This document shows, in pieces, positions 37,224 to 46,813 of a stretch of 64,000 bases of DNA. A program made the position numbers and the translations under genes. Below the pieces are notes generated by a model. It saw nothing but the letters and a program-made list of their open reading frames with translations. It was not told the origin of the DNA and did not search any database. The stretch is taken from the NCBI GenBank assembly GCA_944372365.1, contig CALVYP010000003.1, forward strand, positions 2,029 to 66,028, given 5' to 3'. Numbering within the stretch: the stretch's first letter is position 1; each line of letters opens with the position of its first letter. The stretch is from an uncultured Clostridia bacterium. GTDB lineage: Bacteria > Bacillota > Clostridia > Christensenellales > UBA1242.

Positions 37224-38448
37224 AATATTTATTGATTTTGCGTTTGCGTGCAAGCAGCAGTGAAAGCACGATCGCTATTGGAACAAGTGCGCCAAGCATG
37301 ATAAGGTTTGTCACAACTGCGGTTTGCGTAAGCAAAATTTGACTGATTGCAAGTGACATCACCATTCTGCCAATGTTTGTGCCAACATTGGTTATTGAAA
37401 GCAGTGTTTGCCTTTTGGTTAGACCTTTGCTGTTCATAACAAAATCTTCTCGCACAACATGGAAAGGATCTTTGGTTGAATAAAGCAGCGCCGAACCTAT
37501 GCCAAGCACAATCAGTGCCGCCGTTCCAGATAGATACAATCCACCAAGCCCAACCATAAGCAGACCAAGCACAATCGCGGCAGTGAGAATGTGGATGCTG
37601 TTGAATTTAAGCTTTTTATAGATATAGCCAAAGCCAAGTGTTGCAAACGCGCGCACCATACAAGCTATGCCAGTGATGGTGGTGATGGTTGTGGTTGAAA
37701 AACTCAGCTCTTGAAAAACCATTTTATTTATGTCAACAGGGCTGCAAACAAGGGCAAAGTAGAAAAAGCACAAAAACAGCAGCAGCCAAGTTGTTCTATA
37801 TTTAAAAAGTTTTATGTATTCAAATTTTTCTATTGCAACATTGTGTTTTGGTAGGTTGTTGGCCTTTTTGTAAATTTCTTTTTCATTTTTAATGAATATA
37901 GACATAATCACGGCAACAAGCAAGATTGAAGAAGCCATAACAAACGGGGCGTATGGCCAAACTTCGTATAGATAACCTGCTGCAAAAGTGCCTATGGCGG
38001 TTAGAAAACAAAAACCAAACCTAGCAATCGAGCTGTATTTTGAAAAATTTTCGCTTAAACCATACATTTTTAAATTATCTTTTAAAATTTTTGGTTCAGC
38101 AAGATTTTTAATTGACAGCCCGATGCCTGACAATGCTTGTGCAACAAACATCGCCCAAGGATCAAAAAACAAAAATAGAGTTGAAATAAAAACCAAAATT
38201 GTGCCGAGTCGCGAAGCATTGGCAGTGCCTATCCATCTTACAAATTTAATGCATGGAATTTGCGCAACAGCAAAGCTTAAACAAAAAATCATTGTAAGCA
38301 GCGAAATTGTAGAAAAAGACATGCCCTTGATTTCAGCGTAATAGATGCTGTCAATGGCATAAATAAGCAGCCAGTCGATTGTGATGGCTTTGTATACAAT
38401 AAAAAAATAGGATTTTCTTTTATTTTTTTTAACTAAATCTTCGCCCAC
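37222..38448 (-). CDS. MFS-type transporter (about 12 TM segments)
   Basis: 408-aa polytopic hydrophobic protein. GTG start, no clear RBS, so the start is uncertain. Confidence 0.6.
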   Translation of the reverse strand: MGEDLVKKNKRKSYFFIVYKAITIDWLLIYAIDSIYYAEIKGMSFSTISLLTMIFCLSFAVAQIPCIKFVRWIGTANASRLGTILVFISTLFLFFDPWAMFVAQALSGIGLSIKNLAEPKILKDNLKMYGLSENFSKYSSIARFGFCFLTAIGTFAAGYLYEVWPYAPFVMASSILLVAVIMSIFIKNEKEIYKKANNLPKHNVAIEKFEYIKLFKYRTTWLLLFLCFFYFALVCSPVDINKMVFQELSFSTTTITTITGIACMVRAFATLGFGYIYKKLKFNSIHILTAAIVLGLLMVGLGGLYLSGTAALIVLGIGSALLYSTKDPFHVVREDFVMNSKGLTKRQTLLSITNVGTNIGRMVMSLAISQILLTQTAVVTNLIMLGALVPIAIVLSLLLARKRKINKY

Positions 38449-38502
38449 AACCTTATTATAGGCAAATATGCATTTTATTCAAAGCAAAATTTGACAATTT
38501 TA

Positions 38503-38736
38503 TCATTGAATAATCACATTTCCGCACAAAATATCAAAATACGAAAAAGTTTGAAGTGGCTGACGCGCATTTTCGATTTTCACAGTAAACACGGATGGAT
38601 ACACATCTTTAACTGTCGCATGCACGATATCAATTTTTTTGCGGCCACGATTTATGCTCATTTCAACGGCTTGACCTTTTAGGGCTTGAATTTTTTGCTT
38701 GACTAAAAAAAGCTCTCCGTTTGCTGTTTTAACCAT
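38503..38736 (-). CDS. veg: Veg protein
   Basis: ..YPSVFTVKIEN...FSYFDIL.. matches the Veg signature; 77 aa. Confidence 0.85.
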   Translation of the reverse strand: MVKTANGELFLVKQKIQALKGQAVEMSINRGRKKIDIVHATVKDVYPSVFTVKIENARQPLQTFSYFDILCGNVIIQ

Positions 38737-38781
38737 TTATTACTCCTAAATTTATATTTTTTAATGATTTTTGCCACAAAA

Positions 38782-38810
38782 AAATATTTTAAACATTTTT
38801 GGCATACTTG
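38782..38810 (+). promoter_or_regulatory. Candidate sigma-E-type promoter for the SipL-like gene
   Basis: aaATAtt-14 nt-CATACttg compared with the Bacillus consensus xHATAxx-14-CATACAHT. The match is partial only. Confidence 0.3.
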
Positions 38811-38860
38811 AGCTTGTGCGCTAATAGAATATAGCGTAATCATTTTTGGGGGAGGAAAAA

Positions 38861-40372
38861 ATGTCTGTTGAAAATAACAATTTTAATGTGGTGAAAAAAG
38901 TTGCTTTGCCAAAAAGCGAATTTAATGTTGCTTGCACCATCTCAGCCGAAGGAGAAATTGCAAAGGTGTTTGCGATTTCGCATGAAGCATACATTGAAAA
39001 CCAAGAAGTCACAAATGGCGTGGTTTCTTTTAGCGGGCATATTGATGTGTGTATGATTTATCAGTTGGAAAGCGGCGAAATTGGCAGCGCGTTTTCTTCC
39101 AGCCCATTTTCATCTAAATTTGAAGATGACCAAATTCAATCATCCGAGCAAGCAGTGATAAAGCTTGATGTGATAGATCATTCCATCGAATCAATTTCCG
39201 GCAGCGAGGCTGTGATATCTTTGCTTGTGGAACAGTCGGGAATTTTGGTTGAAAGCGTGCAGATAAACTGCGCCGAATTTGATGATGAAAGCATTTGCGT
39301 TAAAGAAGATGAAGTTGTGATTTCAAAATATATTGGCAGCGCAAAAGCGTCTTTAAACCAAACATTAACCTATCTAAGCCGTGAGAAAATTAAAAAAATT
39401 TTAGCAAGCCAGTCATACGCAATGGTTAAAAACACAGAGGCTGGCAGCAATTTTGTAAGTGTGAGTGGCGATGTTTGCACAAAAATTTTATATATCGATG
39501 AAGATGACAAGTTCTACAACATCGAAATTTCTGATTCCTTTAAAGAAGAAATTGAAATTGAAGGTGTAAGCCGTGAAAGCGCGATTGAAGCGTTTGCAAA
39601 TGTAAATTCATCGGCAGTCAGCGTCAGCGTTGAAGAAGGCGATGGAGGGAGCAAAATTGTTGTGCAAGTTCCGTTTGAAATTTTGGCGCTTGCGTTTGAA
39701 GAAAGCCTTACAAACATGGTTAGTGATGTTTACAGCACAAAAAATGAGATGCAAATTTCTTCACAAAGTTTTTCAATGTCAAAAACTTTAAGCATGCAAA
39801 TTGTTGATGGAAAAGTTGATGGCTCGCTTGTTGTAGAGCAAGACCAGCCGCGCGTGGACAAAATTTTGTTCACATTTGCAAGCTCGGCACAGGTTACTGG
39901 TCACAGCATTGAAGACGGAGAGATAAACATTGAAGGCATTGCAAAAACCACCGTGGTTTATTTGAATGATGAGCAAAACTCTCTTAATGCGGTTGAAATT
40001 GAAGTGCCGTTTGCTGTTTCAGATAAAACAAAAGCCAGCCAGCAGTCTTTAATTTTTGCAAAGGCATATTTAACAGATGTGGATGTTGCAGTGAAAAAAG
40101 GCAGAGAACTTTTGTTTGACGGCAAAATTAAAATTGTGGTTGCTGCAAGTGAAGATGAAGTTTCAGCAGTCATCAGTGAAGCCAAACAAGGCGAGCCGCT
40201 TGCCGAAAGAGATTATGCAATGCAACTTGTGTTTGCAAAGCAGGGCGACAGTTTGTGGGATATTGCAAAAATCAATAAAGTAAACCAAAATTTAATTGCA
40301 AATCAAAACCCAGATGTAGTTTTTCCGTTGCAAGAGAACAAAGAGATTATAATTTTTTATCAAAATGCATAA
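38861..40372 (+). CDS. DUF3794/SPOCS-repeat protein with C-terminal LysM (SipL/SpoVID-like coat morphogenetic protein)
   Basis: GGGGGAGG RBS before ATG 38861. Acidic repetitive body; C-terminus QGDSLWDIAKINKVNQNLIANQN is LysM-like. Confidence 0.5.
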   Translation: MSVENNNFNVVKKVALPKSEFNVACTISAEGEIAKVFAISHEAYIENQEVTNGVVSFSGHIDVCMIYQLESGEIGSAFSSSPFSSKFEDDQIQSSEQAVIKLDVIDHSIESISGSEAVISLLVEQSGILVESVQINCAEFDDESICVKEDEVVISKYIGSAKASLNQTLTYLSREKIKKILASQSYAMVKNTEAGSNFVSVSGDVCTKILYIDEDDKFYNIEISDSFKEEIEIEGVSRESAIEAFANVNSSAVSVSVEEGDGGSKIVVQVPFEILALAFEESLTNMVSDVYSTKNEMQISSQSFSMSKTLSMQIVDGKVDGSLVVEQDQPRVDKILFTFASSAQVTGHSIEDGEINIEGIAKTTVVYLNDEQNSLNAVEIEVPFAVSDKTKASQQSLIFAKAYLTDVDVAVKKGRELLFDGKIKIVVAASEDEVSAVISEAKQGEPLAERDYAMQLVFAKQGDSLWDIAKINKVNQNLIANQNPDVVFPLQENKEIIIFYQNA

Positions 40373-40407
40373 TTTCATCTTTTATGTTTAAAAATTTAAA
40401 AACAGTC

Positions 40408-40435
40408 AAAACTCCTTTGCGCAAAGGAGTTTTTT
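40408..40435 (+). terminator. Terminator hairpin whose 3' arm is the spoIIR Shine-Dalgarno
   Basis: ACTCCTTT-gcgc-AAAGGAGT followed by T6; the ATG at 40436 comes immediately after. Confidence 0.65.
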
Positions 40436-40963
40436 ATGAAATGGATTGTTTGTGGAATATGTGGCGTGCTGCTTTCGGTGCTTTTGTTGTGTGCGCCGCT
40501 GTTTTCATCGGCTGCAGGCGACGAGTATTTGCGAATTCACATTCGTGCAAATTCTAATTCGGCCGAAGACCAAAGGGTTAAGTATATGGTTAAAGATGCG
40601 GTTGTCGAGGCGCTTATTCCACTTTTGGCAGATGCGCAAACCAAGCAGCAGGCGGAGAAAATAGTTTGTGCCAACTTTGACTATATAGAACAAGTTGCCA
40701 ACAAAGTGCTTGAAAATCAGGGCTTTGATTATCAAAGCAGCGCAAGGCTTGATCGCGAGCAGTTTCCAGCCAGAAGTTATGATGACATCACGCTGCCAGC
40801 GGGCGACTATGATGCGGTGATTATTGATTTGGGCAGCGGTGATGGCAACAACTGGTGGTGTTTGGTTTATCCTGCATTTTGTTTTACAAAAACTCAAAAT
40901 TCGACAAATTATGTTTATATTTCCAAAATTTGGGAAATAATAGAAAGCGTAAAACAAAATTAA
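40436..40963 (+). CDS. spoIIR: Stage II sporulation protein R
   Basis: Signal peptide, then LRIHIRANSNSAEDQRVKYMVKDAV.. and ..NWWCLVYP, which are hallmarks of SpoIIR. Confidence 0.9.
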   Translation: MKWIVCGICGVLLSVLLLCAPLFSSAAGDEYLRIHIRANSNSAEDQRVKYMVKDAVVEALIPLLADAQTKQQAEKIVCANFDYIEQVANKVLENQGFDYQSSARLDREQFPARSYDDITLPAGDYDAVIIDLGSGDGNNWWCLVYPAFCFTKTQNSTNYVYISKIWEIIESVKQN

Positions 40964-40976
40964 GGGGGATAAAAAC

Positions 40977-41639
40977 TTGAAACGACTAATTTTTATTGCA
41001 TTGGCTGCAATTTTTGTTGCAACATCGCCGCTTGGTGTTTGTTCTGGGTTGAATGCGGCAAGCATGTCGGTTACGGCGCTTACAGTCAACGAAAACAAGG
41101 CCGTGCAACAAAAGCTTAAAGAGCTTGGCTATTATTCAGGAAGTGTGGATGGTGTTTATGGACAAGGCACAAGAAGCGCAGTGATTGCTTTTCAAAAGCA
41201 AAACGGGCTTGTCGCAGACGGAATTGTTGGGGCAAAAACAGCAAAGGCGCTTGGCATATCGCTAAACACTCAGCAAATTGCTCAAAGCAGCAGTGATTTA
41301 TATCTTCTTGCGAAAACAGTTTATGCCGAAGCGCGTGGAGAGCCTTACGAAGGGCAGGTTGCAGTTGCGGCAGTTGTGTTAAACAGAGTTGAAAGTCCAG
41401 ATTTTCCAAACACCATTGCCGAAGTGATCTATCAGCCGTGGGCATTTACCGCTGTGCATGACGGGCAGATAAACTTAGAGCCAAATCAAACTGCCTACAA
41501 TGCGGCTCGCGACGCGATGAATGGTTGGGATCCTACATATGGTTGTTTATATTACTACAATGCTTCCACTGCAACAAGCGAATGGATTTTCACGCGAACA
41601 ACGGTTGTAACCATTGGTAAGCATGTGTTTGCAATATAG
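40977..41639 (+). CDS. sleB: Spore cortex-lytic enzyme SleB (PG-binding plus hydrolase-2 domains)
   Basis: LGYYSGSVDGVYGQGTRSAVIAFQ.., YAEARGEPYEGQVAVAAVVLNRV. TTG start. Confidence 0.88.
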   Translation: MKRLIFIALAAIFVATSPLGVCSGLNAASMSVTALTVNENKAVQQKLKELGYYSGSVDGVYGQGTRSAVIAFQKQNGLVADGIVGAKTAKALGISLNTQQIAQSSSDLYLLAKTVYAEARGEPYEGQVAVAAVVLNRVESPDFPNTIAEVIYQPWAFTAVHDGQINLEPNQTAYNAARDAMNGWDPTYGCLYYYNASTATSEWIFTRTTVVTIGKHVFAI

Positions 41640-41648
41640 GAGGCTAAA

Positions 41649-43034
41649 ATGAAAGATAATGACGTATTAAACATAGAAAAGAAAAGGCAAAAATCATTTC
41701 CAAAATCGCTTGTGATAGGTTTATCTATCGCAGTTGGTGTGCTTGGGCTTTCGACGATAGGATTTGGCATCGCATATGGCTGCATGGCTCAAAGCAGCAA
41801 GGATTATGCAATTCAGCTTGAAAATGTCTATCAAAAAAACTTATACGACTTGGTTGAAAGCATAAACAACACCGAAACAAAGCTCAGCAAAATTTTGGCG
41901 TCAAATTCTTCTACATATCAAAAGAAGATGCTTTCTGAAATTGCGCAGAACAGCGAACTTGCAGAAAACTCTATCGCATCGCTGCCAATTTCGCAAAATT
42001 CTCTTGCCGACAGTGTGAAATTTATCAACCAAATGGGCGGATATACGCAAACGCTTGCCGATCAAATTTCGCAAGGCAAAAGCTTGTCGTCAAAAGATTT
42101 AGATACGCTTAAAAAGTTAAGGCAAAGCGTTGGAGACATCAAACAACAAATCAACAAATTTGTTAAAAAAGTGCAAAAAAACTATTCAATTTTGCAACAA
42201 AGTTTAAATTTGGATGGCGATTTTAACAATTTTACGATAGAATTTTCAAAAATTAAGGGCGAGGGCGTGGATTATCCGGTTATGATTTACGACGGTCCGT
42301 TTTCTGACAGCACACTGGATAAAACCGTTAAAGGCTTGAAAGGTGAAACGCTGGATAAGAATCAATGCAGCAAAGAAATTGAAAAATGCTTCAAAAATTG
42401 CGCAAAAATTGAATATTCTGGCGAAATTGACAGCAGATTTCAAACCTACACCTATCATCTTACAAATTCCGACAGCCAAGTGTTGTTTGTTCAGGTTTCC
42501 AAGGTTGGCGGGCATATCATCACTGTAAGCGGGCAAGGAAGTCAAAGCGGTGAGAAAAATATATCTGTTGATGATGCAAAAAATATAGCCATTGATTTTG
42601 CTTTGCAAAACGGAGTTGAAAACCCTCAGATAGTTTGGACTCAAACAGTTGAAAGCGATATTTATTTAAACATCGCTCCAACCGAAAATTCAATCATACT
42701 TTATCCAGATTTAGTAAAGGTTAAAATTGACATGGCAAGCGGAACTGTGATTGGATATGACGCAACCAACTATTTTATAAACCACATTCCGCGCGCGTTA
42801 AACAAAGTCAGCCGCAGCGCCAATGATTTTAAAGCTAATTTGCCAAAAGATGTGAAAGTAAAATCGCAAAGGCTTGTGCTTGCGCCGCTTGATTATGGCA
42901 GAGAAGTTGTTTGCTTTGAATACGCATGTGAAAAAGACGGAGCAGAATATTATTTCTATCTCAATGCCGATAATGGGCGAGAAGAGAATGTTTTAAAAGT
43001 CATTCACACCGAAGATTCAAGCAAGCTTATGTAA
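41649..43034 (+). CDS. ypeB: Germination protein YpeB
   Basis: N-terminal TM segment, ~460 aa, PepSY-like C-terminal half, immediately downstream of sleB. Confidence 0.8.
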   Translation: MKDNDVLNIEKKRQKSFPKSLVIGLSIAVGVLGLSTIGFGIAYGCMAQSSKDYAIQLENVYQKNLYDLVESINNTETKLSKILASNSSTYQKKMLSEIAQNSELAENSIASLPISQNSLADSVKFINQMGGYTQTLADQISQGKSLSSKDLDTLKKLRQSVGDIKQQINKFVKKVQKNYSILQQSLNLDGDFNNFTIEFSKIKGEGVDYPVMIYDGPFSDSTLDKTVKGLKGETLDKNQCSKEIEKCFKNCAKIEYSGEIDSRFQTYTYHLTNSDSQVLFVQVSKVGGHIITVSGQGSQSGEKNISVDDAKNIAIDFALQNGVENPQIVWTQTVESDIYLNIAPTENSIILYPDLVKVKIDMASGTVIGYDATNYFINHIPRALNKVSRSANDFKANLPKDVKVKSQRLVLAPLDYGREVVCFEYACEKDGAEYYFYLNADNGREENVLKVIHTEDSSKLM

Positions 43035-43035
43035 C

Positions 43036-43075
43036 AAAAAAACGCCGTTATATAACAAAATAACGGCTTTTTTTA
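43036..43075 (+). terminator. Terminator after ypeB
   Basis: GCCGTTA-10 nt-TAACGGC stem followed by T8. Confidence 0.75.
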
Positions 43076-43100
43076 TGCGTTTTCATCAAAATATTAGGTC

Positions 43101-43128
43101 TTGACTTTTAAAACTCATGTGATATAAT
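43101..43128 (+). promoter_or_regulatory. Strong sigma-A promoter (extended -10) of the GLUG protein gene
   Basis: TTGACT-16 nt-(TGa)TATAAT. Confidence 0.75.
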
Positions 43129-43155
43129 TACAATAGTTAAAATTATGGAGGAAAG

Positions 43156-46100
43156 ATGAAAAGACTTCTGATGTATTTAGTTGTAGCTGTTGTGCTTATT
43201 TCAGTTGGGTTTTCGGTTTACTATGTAGTTAGAGATGATGAAGAAATTTACAGTTTGGTTGACGACAATCAAATTTTTTACATAAACCAAGGCGAAACGC
43301 TTGATTTGCCTGTTGTTTGGGAAGATCCTGCCTCTACAAGTGAGTTTAAAATCACTTCTTCTGGATATGAATCATATGTTTCAATCAATCTTGAAGATTG
43401 GACGATCACAGGCGAAAATGCAGGGCTTTTTGAACTTACTTTTGCCACAACAAACGATAAATTTGCAGGGCAAACTTTCAGCGTCAATTGTTATGTGGGC
43501 AACGGATCTACCAATTTCCCATTCTATGTTAGAGATGAACAAGATTTAAGAAAAATTGGACATGATAATTGGAGCTTGTCGGCAAATTATCAGCTTGTAA
43601 ACGACATTACGCTCACTCAGCCTTTCACGCCTATTGGATTGATAGAAAATGATGGCGTTTGGTCGGCAAGCGAATTTAACGGAAGTTTTTCTGGTGGCGC
43701 TATGCGTCACAAGATTTCAAATGTTAAAATTGAAGATTTTCCATATCCAACAGTTGGCTTTTTTGTAAAAGTTGGCGAATTTGGCAAGGTTGAAAATGTT
43801 GTGTTTGACAATGTTTACATCAAAGGAACGCACACATATGCTGGCGTTGTTGCAGGTGCAAACTATGGGCTTATTGGTATGTGTGAAATTGAAAACTCAG
43901 CAGTAATCAACTATTATCAAAAGGGATTTACTGGCGGAATTTGTGGGCTTAACGAAAGAAAAGCAGGCAGCGACAATTTTGCTCAATTAAACATGTGCTC
44001 GTCAAATGTAAACATCACTTCAAAGTGGGTTGCAGGTGGCGCGGTTGGATATAACTATGGCGGAGTGGTTTTCAACTGCTTGATCACCACCAACAATTTG
44101 GATATTAGGGTTGCAAATGAAGGACAGGAAGATTATCAAGAAAGCCAGTCGCTGTATTCATACTTCGGCGGCATAGCAGGCATTTCGGTGTGCGCGGTTG
44201 AAGACGAAATGTATTATGACAGCTATATTTCAAACAACATCGCCTACATCAATCAAATTGCATCAACGCACTCGGGCATTGGCGGAATATTTGGCGCTTA
44301 TTATGGCGTGAGTGGCGTTTATCAATCGCAAGGCAACTACAACATGCTTTTCTACATCGCTCCATATGATATGGATGCATATTATCTTTACGATGACGAA
44401 CAGTTGCTTACAGATGACCCTTCATCTTCAAGAAACTACGCTAAACAAATTTCACAACAGCAAGCGCTTGTTAAAACAACATTCACTTCAATCCCTGGAA
44501 ACGGCTGGGATTTTGACAATGTTTGGGAAATTGAAGATGGCATTGCAATAAGAATCGGCTATAATCGTTTGGATGGCGAAGAGCCAAAATATCAAGCTTT
44601 TGCATCAAACGGCTCGACATATGAAATATCCACAACCGATCAACTTAAAAATGCTTTTGAGCAGATGCGAGCTCAACCAACAAAAAACATAACCTATCAC
44701 ATCACCAAATCTCTTGTATATAACGGCGGCGGCGAATTGTGGCAGCCAATCGGCGGGCATTCAAATCCATTCCAAGGTCAGTTTGTTATGGATGAAGATG
44801 TTACATTAACCATTCGAAACATTTCAATAAATGCCGAATTTGCAGGAATTTTTGGTTGCATAAACGGCAACAACACGGTTATTAGAAACTTTATTGTTGA
44901 AAACGCATACATTTGCGGCACTGTTGTAGGCGTTATTGCGGGCGCAAATTATGGCGCGACCATTGAAAATTGTCAGGTTTCAGACTTTGAACTTACAACA
45001 CAAAAATATGCCGGCGGCATTGCAGGCTACAACAGCGGAACAATTTCAAATTGCTTGCTTTCTGCAAGAATAGCAACAGACGAATCCGATATGCCTATTG
45101 AAGATGAATATGGCAACTACACCTATGAGCAAAAGGGCGCTGGCGGATATATCACGCTGGCAAACAACAGCCAAAGAGTTATCTATCTTGGCGGAATCGC
45201 AGGCAAAAATGCTGGAACTATCACCGACACTCGTGCAGACAAAACCGACATTCGCTTTATTGAGGATGACTCATCAAAAGTAATCTTCATCGGCGGTGCG
45301 GCAGGCGAAAGCGCAAACACCATCAACGCTGTCAATGTAAGACAACTGACAATCGCTGTGCAAGATTATTCTGGCTCTGCTTATGCAGGCGGAATTGTTG
45401 GCTATCTTTCAGCAGGAAAAATCTCATCATGCATGTTCCATGAAATTAACAACATAATTTTTGATGTTAACAACCAAAACATTGTTGCTGGCGGTTTAGC
45501 TGGCTACACAAGTGAAGGTTCTAAAATGCAATACAGCGTGGTTGGCACAACTTCAATTTACGCGTATGCAATAGGCGGATTTGCGGGCGTTGCAAACGGC
45601 GCAATTCAACAAAGTTATGTTTCAAACAGCACCGCACTTTATGGAAAATATGTTGGCGGATTCACAAGCTCGCTGTCGGGCGAGATTTCAAACTGCATGA
45701 CAGCAGCAGAGCTTGTTGGCAGCGAAATTGAAGCAGGCATGACAGTTTATTTAAAAAAGAATGCGCATATCAATTATTGCTACATCAATCCAACATTCCA
45801 AATTCAAACGGGCGCAGAAGGCGGAATAATCTCTTCAATGCTTGGCTCGCTTATCAACAGAACCACCTATGCAGAAACCTCATCACAATTTAGAGCAAGG
45901 CCAGATATGTTTGGCAAAATCACCAACACCTACATTGTTGGCGAGTTTAAAACGGTAGGGTTGCCGGGCACAACAATTTTCACCGATAACAAAGTCACAA
46001 TCAATGGCGTTGAAGCGGCCGTTCAAACAACATTTGCAACATGGGCGCTTGATGTTAAAACAACATCTTTGCAGGGCGTTACTGGCGTTGCAACCATATT

Positions 46101-46422
46101 AAAAAATGCCGGATTTAATGATGGCATTTGGAACTTTGCAAACAACGATTCGGGCGTTTACACCTTGCCAATCAAAGCAGCAGAAGTTGGGGTTGTGTTT
46201 GAAAAGCAACAAACTCCAGCGCCTGAAACTCCTGATGACACAACGCCTGAAAATCCAGATGATGCAAATCCAGAAAACCCGGATGATACAAATCCAGAAG
46301 ACCCAGATGCAACACCTGAAAACCCAGATGCAACACCTGAAAATCCGGACACCGAGATTGTTCAGCCAACAAATACAAGCGGCGAAGATGATGCAACACA
46401 AAACTCTGGCGTTGCAGCTTAG
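43156..46422 (+). CDS. Membrane-anchored surface protein with many GLUG-type repeats and an acidic Pro-rich tail
   Basis: N-terminal TM anchor. Recurrent (A/V/I)GG(I/L/F)AG..N.G.I..C motifs. C-terminus PENPDDANPENPDDTNPEDPDATPENPDATPENPD. Confidence 0.75.
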   Translation: MKRLLMYLVVAVVLISVGFSVYYVVRDDEEIYSLVDDNQIFYINQGETLDLPVVWEDPASTSEFKITSSGYESYVSINLEDWTITGENAGLFELTFATTNDKFAGQTFSVNCYVGNGSTNFPFYVRDEQDLRKIGHDNWSLSANYQLVNDITLTQPFTPIGLIENDGVWSASEFNGSFSGGAMRHKISNVKIEDFPYPTVGFFVKVGEFGKVENVVFDNVYIKGTHTYAGVVAGANYGLIGMCEIENSAVINYYQKGFTGGICGLNERKAGSDNFAQLNMCSSNVNITSKWVAGGAVGYNYGGVVFNCLITTNNLDIRVANEGQEDYQESQSLYSYFGGIAGISVCAVEDEMYYDSYISNNIAYINQIASTHSGIGGIFGAYYGVSGVYQSQGNYNMLFYIAPYDMDAYYLYDDEQLLTDDPSSSRNYAKQISQQQALVKTTFTSIPGNGWDFDNVWEIEDGIAIRIGYNRLDGEEPKYQAFASNGSTYEISTTDQLKNAFEQMRAQPTKNITYHITKSLVYNGGGELWQPIGGHSNPFQGQFVMDEDVTLTIRNISINAEFAGIFGCINGNNTVIRNFIVENAYICGTVVGVIAGANYGATIENCQVSDFELTTQKYAGGIAGYNSGTISNCLLSARIATDESDMPIEDEYGNYTYEQKGAGGYITLANNSQRVIYLGGIAGKNAGTITDTRADKTDIRFIEDDSSKVIFIGGAAGESANTINAVNVRQLTIAVQDYSGSAYAGGIVGYLSAGKISSCMFHEINNIIFDVNNQNIVAGGLAGYTSEGSKMQYSVVGTTSIYAYAIGGFAGVANGAIQQSYVSNSTALYGKYVGGFTSSLSGEISNCMTAAELVGSEIEAGMTVYLKKNAHINYCYINPTFQIQTGAEGGIISSMLGSLINRTTYAETSSQFRARPDMFGKITNTYIVGEFKTVGLPGTTIFTDNKVTINGVEAAVQTTFATWALDVKTTSLQGVTGVATILKNAGFNDGIWNFANNDSGVYTLPIKAAEVGVVFEKQQTPAPETPDDTTPENPDDANPENPDDTNPEDPDATPENPDATPENPDTEIVQPTNTSGEDDATQNSGVAA
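46222..46353 (+). repeat. Imperfect in-frame 21-24-nt tandem repeats encoding the PENPD tail
   Basis: For example, CCAGATGCAACACCTGAAAA(C/T) is repeated head to tail. Confidence 0.8.
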
Positions 46423-46428
46423 ATAAAA

Positions 46429-46461
46429 TAAAAAAACACATCAATTTGATGTGTTTTTTTG
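46429..46461. terminator. Bidirectional terminator between the GLUG gene and spoVG
   Basis: CACATCA-att-TGATGTG stem flanked by A8 and T7. Confidence 0.8.
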
Positions 46462-46731
46462 TTATTCTGCTTTATTTACTTCTTGTTCGTAAGCATCAAG
46501 CACGGCTTTTTTAAGCTCTTCTCTTGTTTCGGTGTTGATTGGATGAACAATGTCCTTATATTCGCCATCAGGTGTTTTTCTGTTTGGCATTGAGATGAAC
46601 ATTCCCTCTCTTCCGTTGATCACTTTGATGTCATGCACTACAAGGCAATCATCGATTGTGATTGATGCAACTGCTTTGAGTTTTGCATCTTCTTTGCTTA
46701 CAAGCCTAATTCTGATATCTGTGATTTTCAA
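46462..46731 (-). CDS. spoVG: Septation/sporulation regulator SpoVG
   Basis: [11 protein letters not shown]....[25 protein letters not shown]; TTG start. Confidence 0.93.
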   Translation of the reverse strand: MKITDIRIRLVSKEDAKLKAVASITIDDCLVVHDIKVINGREGMFISMPNRKTPDGEYKDIVHPINTETREELKKAVLDAYEQEVNKAE

Positions 46732-46777
46732 GTTTGTGTACCTTCCTTTTTAAGTCTTGCAAATTCTTGCTACTATC

Positions 46778-46805
46778 ATTTTAGCAAATATCGCAAAATT
46801 TTCAA
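46778..46805 (-). promoter_or_regulatory. Sigma-A type promoter of spoVG
   Basis: Minus strand reads TTGAAA-16 nt-TAAAAT. Confidence 0.55.
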
Positions 46806-46813
46806 AATGATTT

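Noticed and set aside
38449-38502. Candidate TATAAT box right next to the GTG start of the MFS gene, which would imply a leaderless mRNA.
   Set aside because: The -35 is weak, leaderless initiation at GTG is unusual, and the true start codon of the transporter is itself uncertain.
40505-41098. 197-aa minus-strand ORF spanning spoIIR/sleB.
   Set aside because: It is antisense to two well-supported sporulation genes and has no independent signals.
46099-46444. Several overlapping ORFs on both strands at the 3' end of the GLUG gene.
   Set aside because: They are artefacts of the in-frame tandem PENPD repeats, which keep several frames open.
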